Shown: positions 20,875 through 30,686, numbered from the stretch's first letter. The stretch is DNA of 64,000 nucleotides from an uncultured delta proteobacterium (GCA_963806225.1 CAWDXG010000003.1:96001-160000); one strand, 5' to 3'. Made by a program: numbers and translations. The notes: generated by a model not told the origin, from the sequence alone.

Positions 20875-21240
20875 TCATGGGAAGTCGATCAGCAGGCGGT
20901 AGCGATTTCCGTCGAGCTCGAGGACGCCGAGGTCGGCGAGCTCGCGGAGGTAGCGCTGCACGTCGGCGACGGTGGCGCCGCTCTTTTCCACGTAGTCCAG
21001 GTACGACGCGAGCGTGGCCAGGTCGCCCAGCTCGCCTTCACGTTCGTCGCCGTAGCGGGTGACGGCGGCGAGGACGAGGTCGCGCTCGCTGGGGCGCGCC
21101 GAACGGCCGAGCTCGCGCGCGGCCTTGTCGAGCGCGTAGCGCGTGATGCCGAAGCGCTCGCACGCCTCGCGCAGCGTGATGCCGGGAAATGCCGCAAAGC
21201 GCAGAGCCCGCTCGGCGCGCTCGGGTTCGTACTTCGCCAT
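20875..21240 (-). CDS. Small putative DNA-binding protein (N-terminal HTH plus C-terminal winged-helix-like segment)
   Basis: ITLREACERFGITRYALDKA (HTH-like) and TVADVQRYLRELADLGVLELDGNRYRL (wHTH-like); GC3-rich coding pattern. Confidence 0.62.
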   Translation of the reverse strand: MAKYEPERAERALRFAAFPGITLREACERFGITRYALDKAARELGRSARPSERDLVLAAVTRYGDEREGELGDLATLASYLDYVEKSGATVADVQRYLRELADLGVLELDGNRYRLLIDFP

Positions 21241-21251
21241 GTCCGGCGCGC

Positions 21252-21581
21252 CTACCAGCCGCAGACGGCCTGGGCCTGCGCGACGTTCGGATCGGCGCCT
21301 GCGTCGGGACTGTATGCGCAGTATTCCGGATCGAACGGGACGGTCTTCGTCGAGGCGTCGTTGACGTTGCAGCTGCAGCCGCCATCCGCCTGGCAGTCGA
21401 AGCGGCGGGAGGCTCCTACGCAGTCAGCGATGATCCTGCACTGGCCCGACGTGCCGGTGTATCCGTGCGCGACCAGCTTGCACTGCCCGCTCGCGCCGCC
21501 GCTGCCACCGCTGCTGCACGCGGCAGCCAGCGCCAGCGCCAGGGCGACGCCCGATACGAGCCACAGTCGATGCCCAGCCAT
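21252..21581 (-). CDS. Small Cys-rich lipoprotein
   Basis: MAGHRLWLVSGVALALALAAAC lipobox followed by 8 further Cys. Confidence 0.7.
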   Translation of the reverse strand: MAGHRLWLVSGVALALALAAACSSGGSGGASGQCKLVAHGYTGTSGQCRIIADCVGASRRFDCQADGGCSCNVNDASTKTVPFDPEYCAYSPDAGADPNVAQAQAVCGW

Positions 21582-21636
21582 CGTGCGGAGCGTATCACTC
21601 CCGCAATGCCCGCGTCCCGCTTGCGCGCCGGCGCGC

Positions 21637-21954
21637 CTATCCCCGCTCGACGTGAAAGCGCGGCGGCTCGATGCGCTCGCTCCTGCACTTCGGGCAGCGG
21701 CTGGGTGCCGCCAGGCGATCGCGCTTCCTGAACGCAAAGCCACAGGGAACACAGCGGGCGGGCTCCACAACGAGCTCGGCGCCCTCGCGCGGCAGCGAGC
21801 GGGCGAGGTGCTCGAGGTGCTGGGCGACCTCCCGCTCGCGGATCGACACCTCGGCGGACAGCTCGCGGGCGGTCCAGGTGTCGCGCTCGAGCGCCGCGCG
21901 GAGCGACTGGCGCACGGTCTCGCCGCGCTCGGGCGGTTCGTCGTCGGCGGTCAC
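21637..21954 (-). CDS. HTH plus zinc-ribbon transcriptional regulator (COG3357-like)
   Basis: TARELSAEVSIREREVAQHLEHLARS...PARCVPCGFAF...PSRCPKCRSERI; GTG overlaps the upstream TGA. Confidence 0.8.
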   Translation of the reverse strand: MTADDEPPERGETVRQSLRAALERDTWTARELSAEVSIREREVAQHLEHLARSLPREGAELVVEPARCVPCGFAFRKRDRLAAPSRCPKCRSERIEPPRFHVERG

Positions 21955-22802
21955 GCCGAAACGACGGGCAGCTGGCGGCGGTCGAGCCGCGTGCGGGTGA
22001 CGCGCATGCGCCAGTCGACGCCCACTACGTCGCCTTGTTCCAGCGGCTCCCAGATGTTCTCGCCGCTGAGCGGCTCGCTCGACAGGATCAGGTGGTTGAC
22101 GAAGCCGGTTTTCGACGGCGCCTCGCACTCGGGCGAGAGGCTCGCGCAGGTGTCGCGGTCGGAGCAGCGCGTCTTGTAGGTGGACCAGAACAGCTCCTTG
22201 CCTCCATGCGCCGCGACCAGCGTGTCACCGTCGGTCACCATCACCGTCAAGAGCGACTCCTTGCCCGGCTCGTCGCAAACGTCGCGCACGCGATCCAGCG
22301 CGGCTCCGAGCGCGGCGGTCACGTCCTCCACTGCGTGACGGCGCGAGAGCGGCCCATAGCCCGAAAGGTGGCTCAGGAAGACGAAGAAGACGACCTCGCT
22401 GTCGGTGTCGCCCAGGATGAAGCGCCTGAGGCGCGGCGCGACCTCGCGCAGCAGCGCATCGCGATGGCGGGCGAAATCGGGGATGTCGCCGTTGTGCGCG
22501 AAGGCCCAGCGTCCGTACTGGAACGGGTGGCAGTTGAGGACCGTCTTTTCGCCCTGCGTGGCCCGCCGCACGTGCGCCAGCACTGTCTCGCTGGAGACCA
22601 CGCCGCTCAAGCGGTGGAAGAGCTGATCGCCGAGCGCGGTCTCGGGGCTGCGCGTGATGTGCGGCGAGCCGTCGACGTAGTACGCCACGCCCCAGCCGTC
22701 CGGATGGTCGTTGCTCTGCACGCCCAGCGCGTTGTCTGCCGCCAGGAGAGAGCTGTGCACCTGGCTCGGGATGACGCTGCGGAAGCCGAAGAGGCGGCAC
22801 AT
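21951..22802 (-). CDS. Class II glutamine amidotransferase (YafJ/EgtC-like)
   Basis: N-terminal MCRLFG nucleophile; DGWGVAYY, AHVRRAT, NCHPF, FAHNG, GDTDSE, SSEPL. Confidence 0.9.
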   Translation of the reverse strand: MCRLFGFRSVIPSQVHSSLLAADNALGVQSNDHPDGWGVAYYVDGSPHITRSPETALGDQLFHRLSGVVSSETVLAHVRRATQGEKTVLNCHPFQYGRWAFAHNGDIPDFARHRDALLREVAPRLRRFILGDTDSEVVFFVFLSHLSGYGPLSRRHAVEDVTAALGAALDRVRDVCDEPGKESLLTVMVTDGDTLVAAHGGKELFWSTYKTRCSDRDTCASLSPECEAPSKTGFVNHLILSSEPLSGENIWEPLEQGDVVGVDWRMRVTRTRLDRRQLPVVSA

Positions 22803-22984
22803 CGTGTGCGGCGAGCATGCCACAGCGGCCGATCGCGGGCTATCCGGGCCAGATCCCGGCTTGCGGCGCCCGGCGGCGGGCTCCACGCTCCAATCTGCCC
22901 CCACGCCGGCCGTAACTCCCGCGGCGCCGCGGCCATATGCCCTGGAGCACCCCTTGCTTGTTCCGACCGCAGAAGGAGAGCCCC

Positions 22985-23698
22985 TTGACCGATGATTTCA
23001 AGCGAGAACTGGACCGGCTGATCGCCCGCCGCCGCTTCATGAAGCAGGCCGGTGCCGGCGCAGCCGTCGTCGCCTTCGCCGGCGCGCTGTGGATCGTGTC
23101 GGACGAGCTCACGGCCACGGCCCGCGCGGAAACGCGCTCCGACGGTCGCCCGCGCCTGCCGCCCGGCCAGCACGTGATCAGCAGGCTCAAACCGATGGGG
23201 GGCGACGTGGGCGACCCGAACCCGGCTCACTTCCGCCTTCGCGTGCACGGCGAGGTCCATCATCCCATGACGCTCGACTTCCACCAGCTGCTCGCGCTGC
23301 CCAGGGTGGAGCAGAGCGCGGACGTGCACTGCGTGACGCGCTGGACGGCGCTCGGCATCCGCTGGACCGGCGTGAGGCTGAGCGAGATCGCCAAGCGCGC
23401 GAAGATCACCAAGCGCGCCCGCCACGTCATCTTCGAGGCGGCGCACGGCTACACCTCGAACATCCCGATCCACGAGGCGCTGAAGCCGAACGTGATAGTG
23501 GCGTATCGCATCGATGGTCACGCGATGCCGCGGGCGCACGGCTCGCCGGTCAGGGCCGTGGTGCCGGATCGCTATTTCTGGAAGAGCGCCAAGTGGCTCA
23601 CCGGCATCAAGTTCACCGAACGTGACGAGCCGGGGTACTGGGAGCGCCGCGGCTACGACAACAACGCCGACCCCTGGCTCGAGCAGCGGACGAGCTAG
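22985..23698 (+). CDS. Tat-exported molybdopterin-dependent oxidoreductase (sulfite oxidase/MsrP-like)
   Basis: RRRFMK twin-arginine signal; LPPGQ, DVHCVTRW, WTGV, HGSPVRAVVP, YFWKSAKW, GYWERRGY; TTG start after AAGGAG. Confidence 0.88.
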   Translation: MTDDFKRELDRLIARRRFMKQAGAGAAVVAFAGALWIVSDELTATARAETRSDGRPRLPPGQHVISRLKPMGGDVGDPNPAHFRLRVHGEVHHPMTLDFHQLLALPRVEQSADVHCVTRWTALGIRWTGVRLSEIAKRAKITKRARHVIFEAAHGYTSNIPIHEALKPNVIVAYRIDGHAMPRAHGSPVRAVVPDRYFWKSAKWLTGIKFTERDEPGYWERRGYDNNADPWLEQRTS

Positions 23699-24343
23699 AT
23701 GGCGAGCGACGCCCGCCTGCAGGAAAGCGGAGAGATGAACGACGAGACACCGGAGGTGGTCGCGGACGCCGCGCCACGGCGCCGACGCTTCAAGCCCAGG
23801 CCCTGGATACGCGCCATCCACCGCGACTTCGGCTACTTCGTTGTCGGGCTCACGATCATCTACGCGGTGAGCGGGCTGGCCGTGAACCACATCAAGGACT
23901 GGGATCCCAACTTCAAGCAGATCAACGCAACGCACCACGTCGCCGGGCCGTTCCCCAAAGACGACCACGCCGCCGCCGCCAAGGTGCTCGCGGCGCTCGG
24001 CGTGACGAAGAAGCCCCAGGACGTGTACCGCGCCGACGCGCACGAGCTCGATATCGTGTTCGACAAGCGCACCTTCCACGCCGACACCACCAACGGCACC
24101 GTGGTGGAGGAAGGGCAGAAGCCGCGTTTCTTCATCCGGGTCGCCGACTGGCTCCACGAGAACCGCGGCAAGCGGGCGTGGACCTACGTCGCCGACACGT
24201 ATGCGGTGCTGCTGCTGTACCTGGCGCTCTCCGGGCTGTTCATGATCCCGGGGAGAAAGGGCCTGAAAGGCCGCGGCGCGATCATCGCTCTGGCCGGCGC
24301 CGCCGTGCCGGTGCTGTACGTGGTGCTGTCCGGCGGGCCGTGA
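23699..24343 (+). CDS. PepSY-associated TM helix domain protein
   Basis: IRAIHRDFGYFVVGLTIIYAVSGLAVNH...DWLHENRG...W...DTYAVLLLYLALSGLFM. Confidence 0.8.
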   Translation: MASDARLQESGEMNDETPEVVADAAPRRRRFKPRPWIRAIHRDFGYFVVGLTIIYAVSGLAVNHIKDWDPNFKQINATHHVAGPFPKDDHAAAAKVLAALGVTKKPQDVYRADAHELDIVFDKRTFHADTTNGTVVEEGQKPRFFIRVADWLHENRGKRAWTYVADTYAVLLLYLALSGLFMIPGRKGLKGRGAIIALAGAAVPVLYVVLSGGP

Positions 24344-24411
24344 GCGTGTAACGTTTTGCAACGTTTCGTCGGCGCTGGCGCGAGCGGCCGAAGAGCACTA
24401 CAAACCGGCGC

Positions 24412-24762
24412 ATGAACGTGAACGAACTGCTCACTGCCGTGATGGGCAGTCTGCTCTTCTACATGGTCGTGATGCGCATACTGGCCGCTCGCAACCGCAT
24501 CAACGGGACCGAGGCGCGTGCGCTGGTCGCCGACGGCGCAATGCTGCTCGACGTGCGCACGAACGGCGAGTTCTCGTCCGGGCACATCGACGGCGCCAAG
24601 AACGTGCCGCTGCACGAGCTCGGCTCCCGCCTCGACAGGCTGTCGAAGAAGAAGCCCGTGGTCGTCTACTGCCGCAGCGGAGCCCGCTCGGCCCGCGCGG
24701 CGAGGATGCTGCAGAAGGCGGGGTACACGGTGCACGACCTCGGCCCGCTGCACGCCTGGTAG
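24412..24762 (+). CDS. Rhodanese-like domain protein
   Basis: LLDVRTNGEFSSGHIDGAKNVP, VVYCRSGARS. Confidence 0.9.
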   Translation: MNVNELLTAVMGSLLFYMVVMRILAARNRINGTEARALVADGAMLLDVRTNGEFSSGHIDGAKNVPLHELGSRLDRLSKKKPVVVYCRSGARSARAARMLQKAGYTVHDLGPLHAW

Positions 24763-24785
24763 TCAGGGTGCGCTAGACTCGGCGC

Positions 24786-26204
24786 ATGCGTTCCGCGGCG
24801 CTGGTTCTTCTGCTGCTGACCGGCTGCGCCGCGCCTTCCGCGGCGCCCGCTCCGCGCGGAGCTCCTCCTGCCCCGCCGCCGCCCCCGGCATCCGCGTCCG
24901 CTCTCCCGGTCGCGAGCGCTCCCGCACCGGCTCCCGCTCCCCTCGCCTTCATCGAGGACGACATCCCGGGAGCGACGAAGCAGGCGAAGGCCGCGCACAA
25001 GGCGTTGTTCATCGATGCCTGGGCGGTGTGGTGCCACACCTGCTCGAGCATGAAGCACACCGTGCTGGACAATCCGGCGCTGGCACCGCTCTCGAAGCGC
25101 GTGGTGTTCGCGTCGGTCGACACCGACCGCCCTGGGAACGCCGCCTTCCTCGACAAGTATGCGGTCACGGTGTGGCCAACGTTCTTCATGGTCGATCCCG
25201 ACAGCGGCACGCTGCTCGGCTACTGGCCGGGGGCGGCCTCCCTGCGCGAGCTCAGCGGCTTCGTGAAGGGCTCGCTCGACGCACTCGACCGGCTGGAAGC
25301 GAAGAAGCTCGCGCCGGATTCGCCTCTCGCGCGACTGCTCGCGGCCAAGGACGCGCAGGCGTCGCACGACTACGCCGTCGCCGCCAAGCGCTACGCCGCA
25401 CTGATCGCCGCCGCGCCGGCGGACTGGTCGCGACGGAGCGAAGCGCTGCTCGGCTGGATGCAGTCGCTGTTCCAGTCGGACGGCGCAACGAAATGCGCGC
25501 GTACGGGCGTGAAGCACCTGTCCGAGGTCTCGGGCGCGGCGATGCCGGCGGACTACTGCTTCTACACGCTGGCGTGCATCGCGCACGTGCACGGGGCGGA
25601 GCAGGAGAAGCTGCGTCAGGCGGTGGTGCAGCGGTTGCGCGAGCTCACGTCCCATCCGCCGCAGGGCGCCTCGGCGGACGACCGCGCCGACGCGCTCGGC
25701 ATCCTGGCCGACGCGCTCGTGGCATCCGGCGACCGCAAGGGTGCGGGCGAGACCAGCCAGAAGCGTCTAGCCATCCTGGAGACGGCAGCCGCGGCCGCAC
25801 CGACGCCGGAAGCCGCCTCCACCTACGACGATGGACGCGCCGCAGCCTACGTTGCGCTCGGCCGCGCGGATGAAGCCATCGCGATGCTGGAGAAGCGCGA
25901 AAAGCAGCTCCCCGACTCGTTCGAACCACCCGCGCGGCTGGCCTCGGTGCTCTCCGATCTGAAACGCTGGAAGCCGGCTCTCGCCGCGATCGACCGCGCG
26001 CTCGGACACGCCTACGGCCCGCGCGCGCTGCGCTACCTCGCGCTCAAGGCGCGCATCCAGCTCGCGCTCGGCGACCACAAGGGCCGGCTGGCCACGCTCG
26101 AAACCGAAGTGAAGGGATACAAGGCTCTGGCACGCGGGCAGTCGAACGCCGCGCGCCTGCACGACGCCGAGCGGCGCCTTCACGAAGCACGGGCCGGCAG
26201 ATGA
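24786..26204 (+). CDS. Thioredoxin-fold plus TPR-like lipoprotein
   Basis: Lipobox LTGC; FIDAWAVWCHTC; WPTF cis-Pro; helical TPR-like C-terminal half. Confidence 0.8.
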   Translation: MRSAALVLLLLTGCAAPSAAPAPRGAPPAPPPPPASASALPVASAPAPAPAPLAFIEDDIPGATKQAKAAHKALFIDAWAVWCHTCSSMKHTVLDNPALAPLSKRVVFASVDTDRPGNAAFLDKYAVTVWPTFFMVDPDSGTLLGYWPGAASLRELSGFVKGSLDALDRLEAKKLAPDSPLARLLAAKDAQASHDYAVAAKRYAALIAAAPADWSRRSEALLGWMQSLFQSDGATKCARTGVKHLSEVSGAAMPADYCFYTLACIAHVHGAEQEKLRQAVVQRLRELTSHPPQGASADDRADALGILADALVASGDRKGAGETSQKRLAILETAAAAAPTPEAASTYDDGRAAAYVALGRADEAIAMLEKREKQLPDSFEPPARLASVLSDLKRWKPALAAIDRALGHAYGPRALRYLALKARIQLALGDHKGRLATLETEVKGYKALARGQSNAARLHDAERRLHEARAGR

Positions 26205-26251
26205 GGCGCCCGCCCTGTCCGGAAACCTAGAGGAAAAGAAAACCGGGCTGA

Positions 26252-27502
26252 CTAGCGTTCGCTCATCAGCGCGCGGGCGATCTGGGAGATCTGGATCTCG
26301 TCGGTGCCGCCGTAGATCTGCAGCACCTTGGCGTCGCGGCAGAGCTGTTCCACCTGGTATTCCGCCATGTAGCCGTTGCCGCCGAACAGCTGCACCGCTT
26401 CGAGCGCGACCTCCATGGCGGACTGCGCGCAGTACAGCTTGCAGGCGCTGGCCTCGGCCAGGTTCATCTTCTTGCCTGCGCCGGCCAGCTCGATCTGCCG
26501 GAAGATGATGTTCTGGATGTTGGTTCGCGCCACTTCCATCTTCGCCAGCTTGAGCTGGATGAGCTGGAACTCGCCGATGGGGCGGCCGAACTGCACGCGC
26601 GTCTTCGCGTACTCCAGGCTCAGATCGAGGCACTGCGACACGATGCCGAGCGCCATGGCCGCCACGCCGGTGCGCTCCTGCGTGAACGTGTCCTTGACAC
26701 CCGAGCGGTAGCTCCGCTCTTCCGTCTCGCCGAGCAGGCGTTCTCTGTCGACGAACACGTCATCGAGGAAGAGTTCGCCGGTGGGAGACCCGTGCAGGCC
26801 CATCTTCTCGAGTGGCTTGGACTGCGTCAGACCCTTCGTGCCCTTGTCCAGCACGAACGAGAGCACCTTGCGCTCGCGCGGGTCGTTCTCCTCGTCGAGC
26901 TTGCAGATGAAGACCAGCGTGTCGGCGTACGGGCCGTTGGTGATGAAGGTCTTGTTGCCGTTCAGGACGTAGCCGCCGTCCTTGCGGCGCGCGCTGGCCT
27001 TCATCGAGCCGAAGGCGTCCGAGCCCGAGGACGGCTCGGTAATGGCCCAGGCGCCGATCTTGTCGAGCGTGAGCAGATCGAGCCCCCAGCGTTCCTTCTG
27101 CCGCACGGTGCCGCGGCTCATGATGGTACCGGCGGTGAGGCCCACGCTCACGCCCATCGCCGTGACCATGCCCGGGCTGTAGCGCGACAGCTCGATCACC
27201 GGGAGCATGCGCATGGCCATCGCCTCGCCGGCCATCGGGTCCGGGCCTTCCTTCTTCTTCTCGGCCGGCGGCTCCTCGCCCTTTGCCAGCGCTGCCTCGC
27301 GCTTCTTGTCGCGGGCGATCTGCGCCTCGAACTGGGCCTGGGCCATGTCGCGCATGCCGAAGGTCGCGAACAGCTTGCGCATCACGTCGTAGGGCGGCGT
27401 ATCGCCGTGCTCGATGTCCTTGATCTTCGGCTTGACTTCAGCGTCGACGAAACGCCGGACCATCTCGCGAATCGCCTTGTGCTGCTCGCTCCATTCGATC
27501 AT
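26252..27502 (-). CDS. Acyl-CoA dehydrogenase
   Basis: WAITEPSSGSDA, LNGNKTFITNG, RVQFGRPIGEFQ, QLFGGNGY, IYGGTDEIQ. Confidence 0.94.
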   Translation of the reverse strand: MIEWSEQHKAIREMVRRFVDAEVKPKIKDIEHGDTPPYDVMRKLFATFGMRDMAQAQFEAQIARDKKREAALAKGEEPPAEKKKEGPDPMAGEAMAMRMLPVIELSRYSPGMVTAMGVSVGLTAGTIMSRGTVRQKERWGLDLLTLDKIGAWAITEPSSGSDAFGSMKASARRKDGGYVLNGNKTFITNGPYADTLVFICKLDEENDPRERKVLSFVLDKGTKGLTQSKPLEKMGLHGSPTGELFLDDVFVDRERLLGETEERSYRSGVKDTFTQERTGVAAMALGIVSQCLDLSLEYAKTRVQFGRPIGEFQLIQLKLAKMEVARTNIQNIIFRQIELAGAGKKMNLAEASACKLYCAQSAMEVALEAVQLFGGNGYMAEYQVEQLCRDAKVLQIYGGTDEIQISQIARALMSER

Positions 27503-27613
27503 CGCGCCATCCTAGCCGCTCGCCCGGCCTCCATACAACGGCTGGCTGTGGCGCTTCGACTCCCGCCGGGCGCCGCTTCCGTGCCGTGCGCCGGGGGGGT
27601 ATCGTGCGCGGCG

Positions 27614-28825
27614 ATGGCAGACGACGCGAAGCACGAGTCGGCCGGGCTCCAGGCGTTCCGGCGCGAGGTCCAGGACTGGATCCGGAACAACAAGCCCGAC
27701 AAGCCGGCATTCAAACTGCCGCAGAGCTTCCTCGAAGTTGAAAGCAGGGAGCAGTTCAACTACCTGCGCGACTGGCAGCGGAAGGTCTATGACGCGGGCT
27801 ACCTCGGCTTCGACGTGCCGGAGGAATACGGCGGTCGCGGCGTCGACCGCGATCGCCAGCGCATCGTGACGCAGGAGCTCATCAAGGCGCGCGCGCCCTT
27901 CTTCGTAAACTTCATCGGGCTGAACTGGGCGGGCCCGGTGATCCTCGCCTATGGCACCGAGGAACAGAAGAAGCGCCTGCTCGGGCCGCTGCTCAGCGCC
28001 GACGAGATCTGGTGCCAGGGTTTCAGCGAGCCTGGCTCGGGGTCGGATCTGGCCAGCCTCACGACCCGGGCGGTGCACACGGCCGACGGCTACGAGGTCA
28101 CGGGGCACAAGGTCTGGACCACGCTCGCGCACGTCGCAAAGTGGATGATCCTGCTCGCGCGCACCGATCCGGATGCCAACAAGTACGCCGGGCTGTCGTT
28201 CTTCCTGTTCCCCATGGACGCGCCGGGGGTCAGCGTGCAGCCCCTCGTCAAGATGACCGGCGAAGGCGGCTTCAACCAGGTGATCTTCGACGCCGCACCG
28301 ATGCCGGCCGACGCGCTGCTCGGCGAGGAGGGTCAGGGCTGGCAGGTCGCGATGACGACGCTGATGTTCGAGCGCGGGGCGGCGGGCGACACCGGGCGCG
28401 AGCGCGCCGCCGGCTTCATCGAGCAGATCAAGCGTCTGGTGACGGTCGCCGGAACGCGGCGAGACGGCGCTCCGGCGCTGGCGGATCCGGTCTTCCGCGA
28501 TCGCATCGCCGCGCTGTGGGTGGAAGCGCAGGCCATGGCGCTGGGCGCCTCGCGCCCGGAGGAGCTGTCCGCACAGCGGCCCCTGGCTCTGCCACTGATG
28601 AGCAAGCTCTGCGCCTCGGAGTGGAACCAGCGACTGGCCGAGCTCGCTTGCGAGATGCTCGGCGCGGACGCCGCGCTGTGGCTGGGCGATCCAGACGCTC
28701 CGTTCGATGCGGAGTGGCCGCGCGCGTACATGAACTCGTTCGGCATGACCATCGGCGGCGGCACCAGCGAAATCCTGCGGAACGTGATCGGCGAGCGCGT
28801 GCTCGGCCTACCCAAGAGCAAGTGA
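27614..28825 (+). CDS. Acyl-CoA dehydrogenase family protein (alpha-type subunit)
   Basis: WCQGFSEPGSGSDLASL, GHKVWTT, LMFERG, TIGGGTSEILRNVIGERVLGLPK. Confidence 0.92.
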   Translation: MADDAKHESAGLQAFRREVQDWIRNNKPDKPAFKLPQSFLEVESREQFNYLRDWQRKVYDAGYLGFDVPEEYGGRGVDRDRQRIVTQELIKARAPFFVNFIGLNWAGPVILAYGTEEQKKRLLGPLLSADEIWCQGFSEPGSGSDLASLTTRAVHTADGYEVTGHKVWTTLAHVAKWMILLARTDPDANKYAGLSFFLFPMDAPGVSVQPLVKMTGEGGFNQVIFDAAPMPADALLGEEGQGWQVAMTTLMFERGAAGDTGRERAAGFIEQIKRLVTVAGTRRDGAPALADPVFRDRIAALWVEAQAMALGASRPEELSAQRPLALPLMSKLCASEWNQRLAELACEMLGADAALWLGDPDAPFDAEWPRAYMNSFGMTIGGGTSEILRNVIGERVLGLPKSK

Positions 28826-28826
28826 C

Positions 28827-30008
28827 ATGCCGGCGTTGACGAAAACGATGGACCATTCCGACGTGAAATTGCCCGGCGTCGACGCGGGGCTCGGCTACAC
28901 CGGGGACCACGGGCTGCTCGTGGAGTCGGCGCGGCGCTTCCTCGGCGAGCGCTGCCCGCCGAGCGAGGTGCGACGCCGGGTGGACGAGGGAGCGGATCAC
29001 GACCCTGCGCTGTGGAAGGAGATCGCGGAGCTGGGCTGGGTCGGCCTGTGCAGCGCGGAGGAGCACGGCGGCGCCGGCCTCGATCTCCTGCACCTCTGCC
29101 TGTTGCTGGAGGAGATGGGGCGTGCGCTCCTCCCCTCGCCCTTCCTCGGCTCGATGCTCGCACTCGCCGCGCTGGAGCACGCGGGCAGCCGCGAACAGCT
29201 AGAGCGGCACGTTCCGGCAATCCTCTCCGGCGAGCGTGTCGCGACACTGGCCTTCTCCGAGCCGGGCGGCTCCTGGGAGCCCGAGCACGTGGAAGCGCGG
29301 TCGGAACTGTCGAATGGCGGCGTCGTGCTCAGCGGAAACAAGACCCACGTGCCGGCGGGAGCCAGCGCAGATCTCGTCATCGTCCCGTGCCTCGACCCGG
29401 ACGGCAGCATCGCCCTTTTCGCGGTGGAGTTGCCCGCCGAGCGGCTGGCGGTGCACCGCGAGGTGTGCGTGGACCGCACGCGTCCCACGGCTCGGCTTTC
29501 GCTCGACCGCGTGCCCGTGCCCCACGAGGCGCGGCTCGAGGGCGACGGGCTCGCCGCGCTCAGGGCGGCCTTCTGCCGCGGCTACGTGCTGCTCGCCAGC
29601 GAGATGGTCGGCGCTGCCGAAGCCGTGCTCGGCCTCACGCGCGACTACGCGATCGAGCGGCGCCAGTTCGGCCGCGCCATCGGCTCGTTCCAGGCCGTGA
29701 AGCACCCGATCGTCGACATGATGATCGGCATCGAGCTGTCACGGAACCTGGCTCTCGGTGCGGCGGCCGCGTTCGACCAGGATCCCGCGCGCTTCGAGCA
29801 GAGCGCACGGATGGCCAAGGCCATGGCCGGACAGAGCTTCGGGTTCGCCGTCGAGAAGGGCGTCCAGCTCCACGGCGGTTTCGGCTTCACGTGGGACTGC
29901 GACGTGCAGCTCTATTTCAAGCGCGCCTTGTGGTCGCGCGGCACGTTGGGCGACGGAGCCCATCACCGGAGACACCTGGCGCGCATGCTGCTGGATCAGC
30001 CCGGCTGA
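28827..30008 (+). CDS. Acyl-CoA dehydrogenase family protein (beta-type subunit)
   Basis: LEEMGRALLPSPF, RRQFGRAIGSFQAVKH, QLHGGFGFTWD; real start may be 28848. Confidence 0.9.
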   Translation: MPALTKTMDHSDVKLPGVDAGLGYTGDHGLLVESARRFLGERCPPSEVRRRVDEGADHDPALWKEIAELGWVGLCSAEEHGGAGLDLLHLCLLLEEMGRALLPSPFLGSMLALAALEHAGSREQLERHVPAILSGERVATLAFSEPGGSWEPEHVEARSELSNGGVVLSGNKTHVPAGASADLVIVPCLDPDGSIALFAVELPAERLAVHREVCVDRTRPTARLSLDRVPVPHEARLEGDGLAALRAAFCRGYVLLASEMVGAAEAVLGLTRDYAIERRQFGRAIGSFQAVKHPIVDMMIGIELSRNLALGAAAAFDQDPARFEQSARMAKAMAGQSFGFAVEKGVQLHGGFGFTWDCDVQLYFKRALWSRGTLGDGAHHRRHLARMLLDQPG

Positions 30009-30529
30009 GACCTGGCACCGACCTCGGCTGCCAGCTCGAACACGTGGCTGTCGTCGGCGCCGATCCCGCGCAGGGCCTCGGCCAGCCTGAGCACGTATTC
30101 GCGATTCGGTCCGCTGGGGCCGTGCGAGCGCAGCACCTGCTCGGCGATCGCCGTCAGGGACGCCGGCCCCAGATAGTTCGGGTTGTCGCCGGTCGCGACG
30201 TAGACCAGCGCGGCGATCCGTTCGCCGGCGGCGCGCACCTCCACCGGATGCCGCTCGTAGCCGCCTTTCTCGCGGTGGTCGAGCTGGGCGAGCACTCGCT
30301 CCCGCTCGGCCCCGGCGACGCGGTACGCCATGCCCCAGCAGCGCGAGCCCGGTTCTGCCACCAGGGTCACGACGCGCCCCGGCGCTCCGGGCACGCCGCG
30401 ATGATCGGTCGAGCCCTGCCAGAAACGGCGCGTCCAGCCTTCGATGTAACCGGCCCGGCGTTCCTCGAAAGCGAACGCCGGGCGCCAGACCAGCGAGCCG
30501 TAGCCGAAGATCCACAGGTCCTCGCCCAT
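29996..30529 (-). CDS. chaC: Glutathione-specific gamma-glutamylcyclotransferase (ChaC family)
   Basis: [50 protein letters not shown]. Confidence 0.9.
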   Translation of the reverse strand: MGEDLWIFGYGSLVWRPAFAFEERRAGYIEGWTRRFWQGSTDHRGVPGAPGRVVTLVAEPGSRCWGMAYRVAGAERERVLAQLDHREKGGYERHPVEVRAAGERIAALVYVATGDNPNYLGPASLTAIAEQVLRSHGPSGPNREYVLRLAEALRGIGADDSHVFELAAEVGARSQPG

Positions 30530-30686
30530 ACGCGGTCAACCATAGCGCGGCCTCCGCGCAGGGCTTGCGAGGATCGGCTCCACCTCCGCACCGACGGCTC
30601 GACCGCCCCACGCACGGGTTCGCGCAGCCCGGCGTATTGCCCGCAGATTCTGCGCATGTAGCGGGCGCGTTTCCCGATGAAACGTG

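Noticed and set aside
19213..21062. ORFs made of repeat translations (RAARCGRRGAGGAV; HITGYVPHFVAST...; MGDITGYVARDV...)
   Set aside because: The 14-bp unit is not a codon multiple, and the 62-bp units and TAA-bearing variants break every frame of the 72-bp array. No convincing start signals.
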